Assembly: GCA_038087875.1 (NCBI GenBank)
Contig: CM075988.1
Location: forward strand, 12,402,001 to 12,466,000
Reading direction: 5' to 3'
Length of the DNA: 64,000 bases
From: Malacoraja senta
Lineage: Eukaryota
Made by a program: the position numbers and the translations under genes. This document shows, one piece after another, positions 61,097 through 64,000 of this stretch; positions within the stretch are counted from its first letter, which is position 1; every line of letters starts with the position of its first letter. Under the pieces are notes generated by a model. The model had not been told where the DNA came from, did no database searches, and worked only from the letters and a program-made list of their open reading frames with translations.

Positions 61097-61226
61097 GACT
61101 GAAGAAGTGTCTTGACCCGAAACGTCACCTATTCCTTCGTTCCATTGATGCTGCCTCACCCGCTGAGTTTGTCCAGCATTTTTGTCTACCTTCGATTTTT
61201 CTAGCATCTGCAGTTTTTTCTTAAAC
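61097..61226 (+). mobile_element. Penelope-derived hammerhead element
   Basis: ctgaagaagtgtcttgacccgaaacgtcacc...gcatctgcagtt. Confidence 0.8.
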
Positions 61227-61500
61227 ATGATGGTAGAGGGGTGGGTTCCTGCAACTTTTACAGGTACTTGCAATGGGTTTCACTTGGTACAGATTCACTT
61301 AGTACAGATTCAGTGAGCAGATTTCCTATCTCTCTATACATTTTTTTTTGACGAAGAAGACTGGATGCAAGGGGACAAAGGTATGTCTCAGATAGTTTCG
61401 GTTGCTTCCGAATTAATTTTGTTAAGGGTGGAGGGAAGTGGAATTGTCTTTTCTCAGCCGCAATAAATCTAGAGGTCAAATAACCTTTCTGAGCTGTAAA

Positions 61501-61650
61501 CACGAGATGTTGAACTAAAAGCACAAAGCGCTGAAGGAACTCAGCAAGAGACGAGTCTGAATGAGGGTCCTGACTCAATGTGCCACCTGTTCATTTCCTC
61601 CACAGATATTGTCTGATGTTGGAGTCCTTCAGCAATTTGTGGGGTATTTG
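61501..61650. mobile_element. Old Penelope-derived fold-back element
   Basis: TSD ttctgagctgtaaa at 61487-61500 and 61651-61664. Confidence 0.7.
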
Positions 61651-61704
61651 TTCTGAGCTGTAAATTGTAACAATACTTCTAACCCAATAACCTAAACTTA
61701 TTGG

Positions 61705-61965
61705 TAAATTGTTGGCAGCTCAGTCATTTCTGAGTCAGGAAATTCCAGGTTCAAATCCCACACCAGAAATCTGGGCACCAAAATCACAGTGATGTTGCAC
61801 ATTTGGAATGCTGTACAGTCATGGGTGCCATAGAGACATCACATTGCTTGGCATAAATGATCCCACTACACTATCTTCGTGAAGAGCTGGGGTGATAACC
61901 GAGGCATTGTGCTCAATATGCTTCAGTCAATATTTCTTAAATGAAATATTTTGGTCATATTGATG
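61705..61965 (+). mobile_element. DeuSINE/SacSINE1-like ancient SINE
   Basis: tctgagtcagg...ggttcaaatcccac.ccaga (tRNA-like B box) followed by gatcccactacactat.ttcg.gaagagc.gggg, typical of the Deu domain. Confidence 0.55.
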
Positions 61966-62287
61966 TTTATTCCAACTGGATCTGGATGTGGAATGTGTCA
62001 TGTCTGACATTATCACTGTGAATCCCACTCCCCATCAAGGATTTCCATGAGCTTTGCAGTCCCCCTAGCCAGGAAATTAAAACAGTTTGGGGAATCTTCC
62101 CAACTTTGGTGGGTTTGCATCCTCCCTCTCTAAAGCATGAAATGAATAGATGCCTCTTGATGCCACACCAAAGTGGGATCTTCACCATCAGGGACCCTCT
62201 TTTTATCTACAGCCCTTCAACCAGATGGCCTCTCACAGTTAACCAACCGGTTCCAGGGTGCCACAGGTTTGACATCTTGCATTAACC

Positions 62288-62775
62288 TAGAGTCATAGAG
62301 TGATACAGTATGGAAACAGGCACTTCGGCCCAACTTGCCCACACATGTCACGGCTACACTAGTCCCACCTGCCTGCATTTGGTCCATATCCCTCCAAACC
62401 TGTCCTATTCATGTACCTGTCTAACTGTTTCTTAACCGTTGGGATAGTCACATCCTCAACTACCTCCTCTAGCAGCTTGTTCTATACAGTCACCACCCTT
62501 TGTGTGAAAATGTTACCCCTCGGATTCCAATTAAATCTTTTCCCCTTCACGTTAGACCTATGTCCTCTGGTCCCTCGATTCACCTACTCTGGGCAAGCGA
62601 GTCTTTACATCTACCTGATCTATTCCTCTCATGATTTTGTACACCTCTATAAGATCACCCTCATCCTCCTGCACTCCAAGGTATAGAGTCCCAGCCTACT
62701 CAACCTCTCCCTCTAGCTCAGATGCTCTAGTCCTGGCAACATCTTTGTAAATCTTCTCGGTACCCTTTCCAGCTT
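62288..62775 (-). mobile_element. CR1 LINE 3' fragment
   Basis: Reverse complement ...RGDLIEVYKIMRGIDQV...FTQRVV; (actctatg)-type tail. Confidence 0.88.
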
Positions 62776-63084
62776 GTCAGCCTGATTTACGAGAGGTTCT
62801 ATGGGGTTGTAGCCTGCATCCAAAAGCTGAAGTTTATGCCATCAAGAGTGGAAATTAGTTTTGCAAGTCAGGGACTGCCAGCAATACATCAGGCACAAAG
62901 TGCTTGGTCCAGTTTCCCCAGCCATTTCTACAACTTCACCTGGAAATGATTTCAAGAATATTCTAATCTGGGATTATCAATAAACTAATCTCATGATTAT
63001 CAATAAACTACGATAATAAAAAAAATAGATGTTGTATAATCTGAGCAATGTTATAACATTAATAATGAAAAGGGCAACTAGTAA

Positions 63085-63402
63085 AATACACAAAAAATCC
63101 TGGAGTAACTCAGCGGGACAGGCAGCATGTCTGGAGAGAAGGAATGGGTGATGTTTTGGGTCGAAATCCTTCTTCAGACTGATGTCAGGTGAGTGGGAGG
63201 TATACAGTTAAGGAAGTGTATAGATAAGGAACTGTAAGGTGTGAAAACAAGACAAAGAGAAGGCAAATCAAGGAAAATGTGGAATAGATCATTGTTCGGA
63301 GACGGTAACACCAAAACAAACAGAGATAAAATGTAGTCGGAGACAGTAAGAATGGTCAGAGACTGGGAAGGGGGAGGGGATGAAGAAAGAGGAAAAGCAA
63401 GT
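63085..63402 (-). mobile_element. Long Penelope-derived terminal-repeat element
   Basis: Hammerhead-family motif plus about 220 nt of purine-rich extension shared with 268-895. Confidence 0.75.
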
Positions 63403-64000
63403 GGTGCTGGTAAATATATATGTTTTGATAAAGTATAGTTCCATGTCTCTTGTACCATATTTTGTTATTATTTTTTAATACCATAATTTAGCATTCTATT
63501 TTTGCATCATTGGCACATTTCGCATTGGCTGGAAGCATTCTTAAGGGTTTAAAAATATGTCAGGCACAACAAATTTTTATTAGAAGAAAAACGCTGGTGT
63601 TTTCTGAATACCATGTGAAAATCTCTGTGCACTATTACCACAAGAATTAATTTTGTTGCATATTCGCCTGTTGTTCACCTCAGTTTAGTTTATTGTCACG
63701 TGTACCGAGGTACAGTGAAAACCTCTTCAAGTAGGTTGCCATGGGAGCAATTCCAAGAGATGTGTTAGATCGGGCACTCATTCACCTTATATAATCATCT
63801 TCTGCTGCACCAATATTCATAAATTATTTGTGCATGTGCATCATATTGGTAGTGAACAATAATTGCTGCTCCGTAGTAATTGCTGCACCCCATTATAATC
63901 TGTGTCATGATATATGTGTTACTATTGTTAACTTGGATGCAGTGTGTACATAGGAAATTTCAGAATTACTGAGTAAATTGCCCCGGGTAAACCACCAGTT

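Noticed and set aside
1..64000. The many 60-130 aa ORFs as host genes
   Set aside because: They are chance frames or translations of SINE, LINE and Penelope repeats; none outside TEs resembles a protein family I recognise, and a prokaryote-style ORF caller is unsuitable for this DNA.

Overview
Eukaryotic, repeat-dense, non-coding window (intron or gene desert). I recognise no host protein-coding exon, and there are no prokaryotic features such as operons or CRISPR arrays. The repeat complement (HE1-type V-SINEs sharing their 3' tail with CR1/HER1-type LINEs, plus a DeuSINE-like relic) points to a cartilaginous fish, probably a skate or ray; this is inference. Main elements: (1) a full-length, decayed DD34E Tc1 transposon with IR/DR ends (8119-9757); (2) a 5'-truncated L1-clade LINE (27009-30855) flanked by an unusually long 71-bp direct repeat, with an in-frame 54-nt L2-type tail inserted in ORF2; (3) a 683-bp TRIM-like mini LTR element with an extended tRNA-Trp primer-binding site (43358-44040); (4) three PIF/Harbinger-type MITEs with shared ends but different interiors; (5) about 35 short Penelope-derived elements carrying a minimal hammerhead-ribozyme motif (CUGAAGA-A-stem II-GAAAC-GUH), many with their own 8-16 bp target-site duplications (TSDs) and fold-back architecture; (6) many CR1, Rex1/Babar and RTE fragments and about 18 HE1-type SINEs. 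Boundaries of degenerate repeats are read by eye and are approximate.
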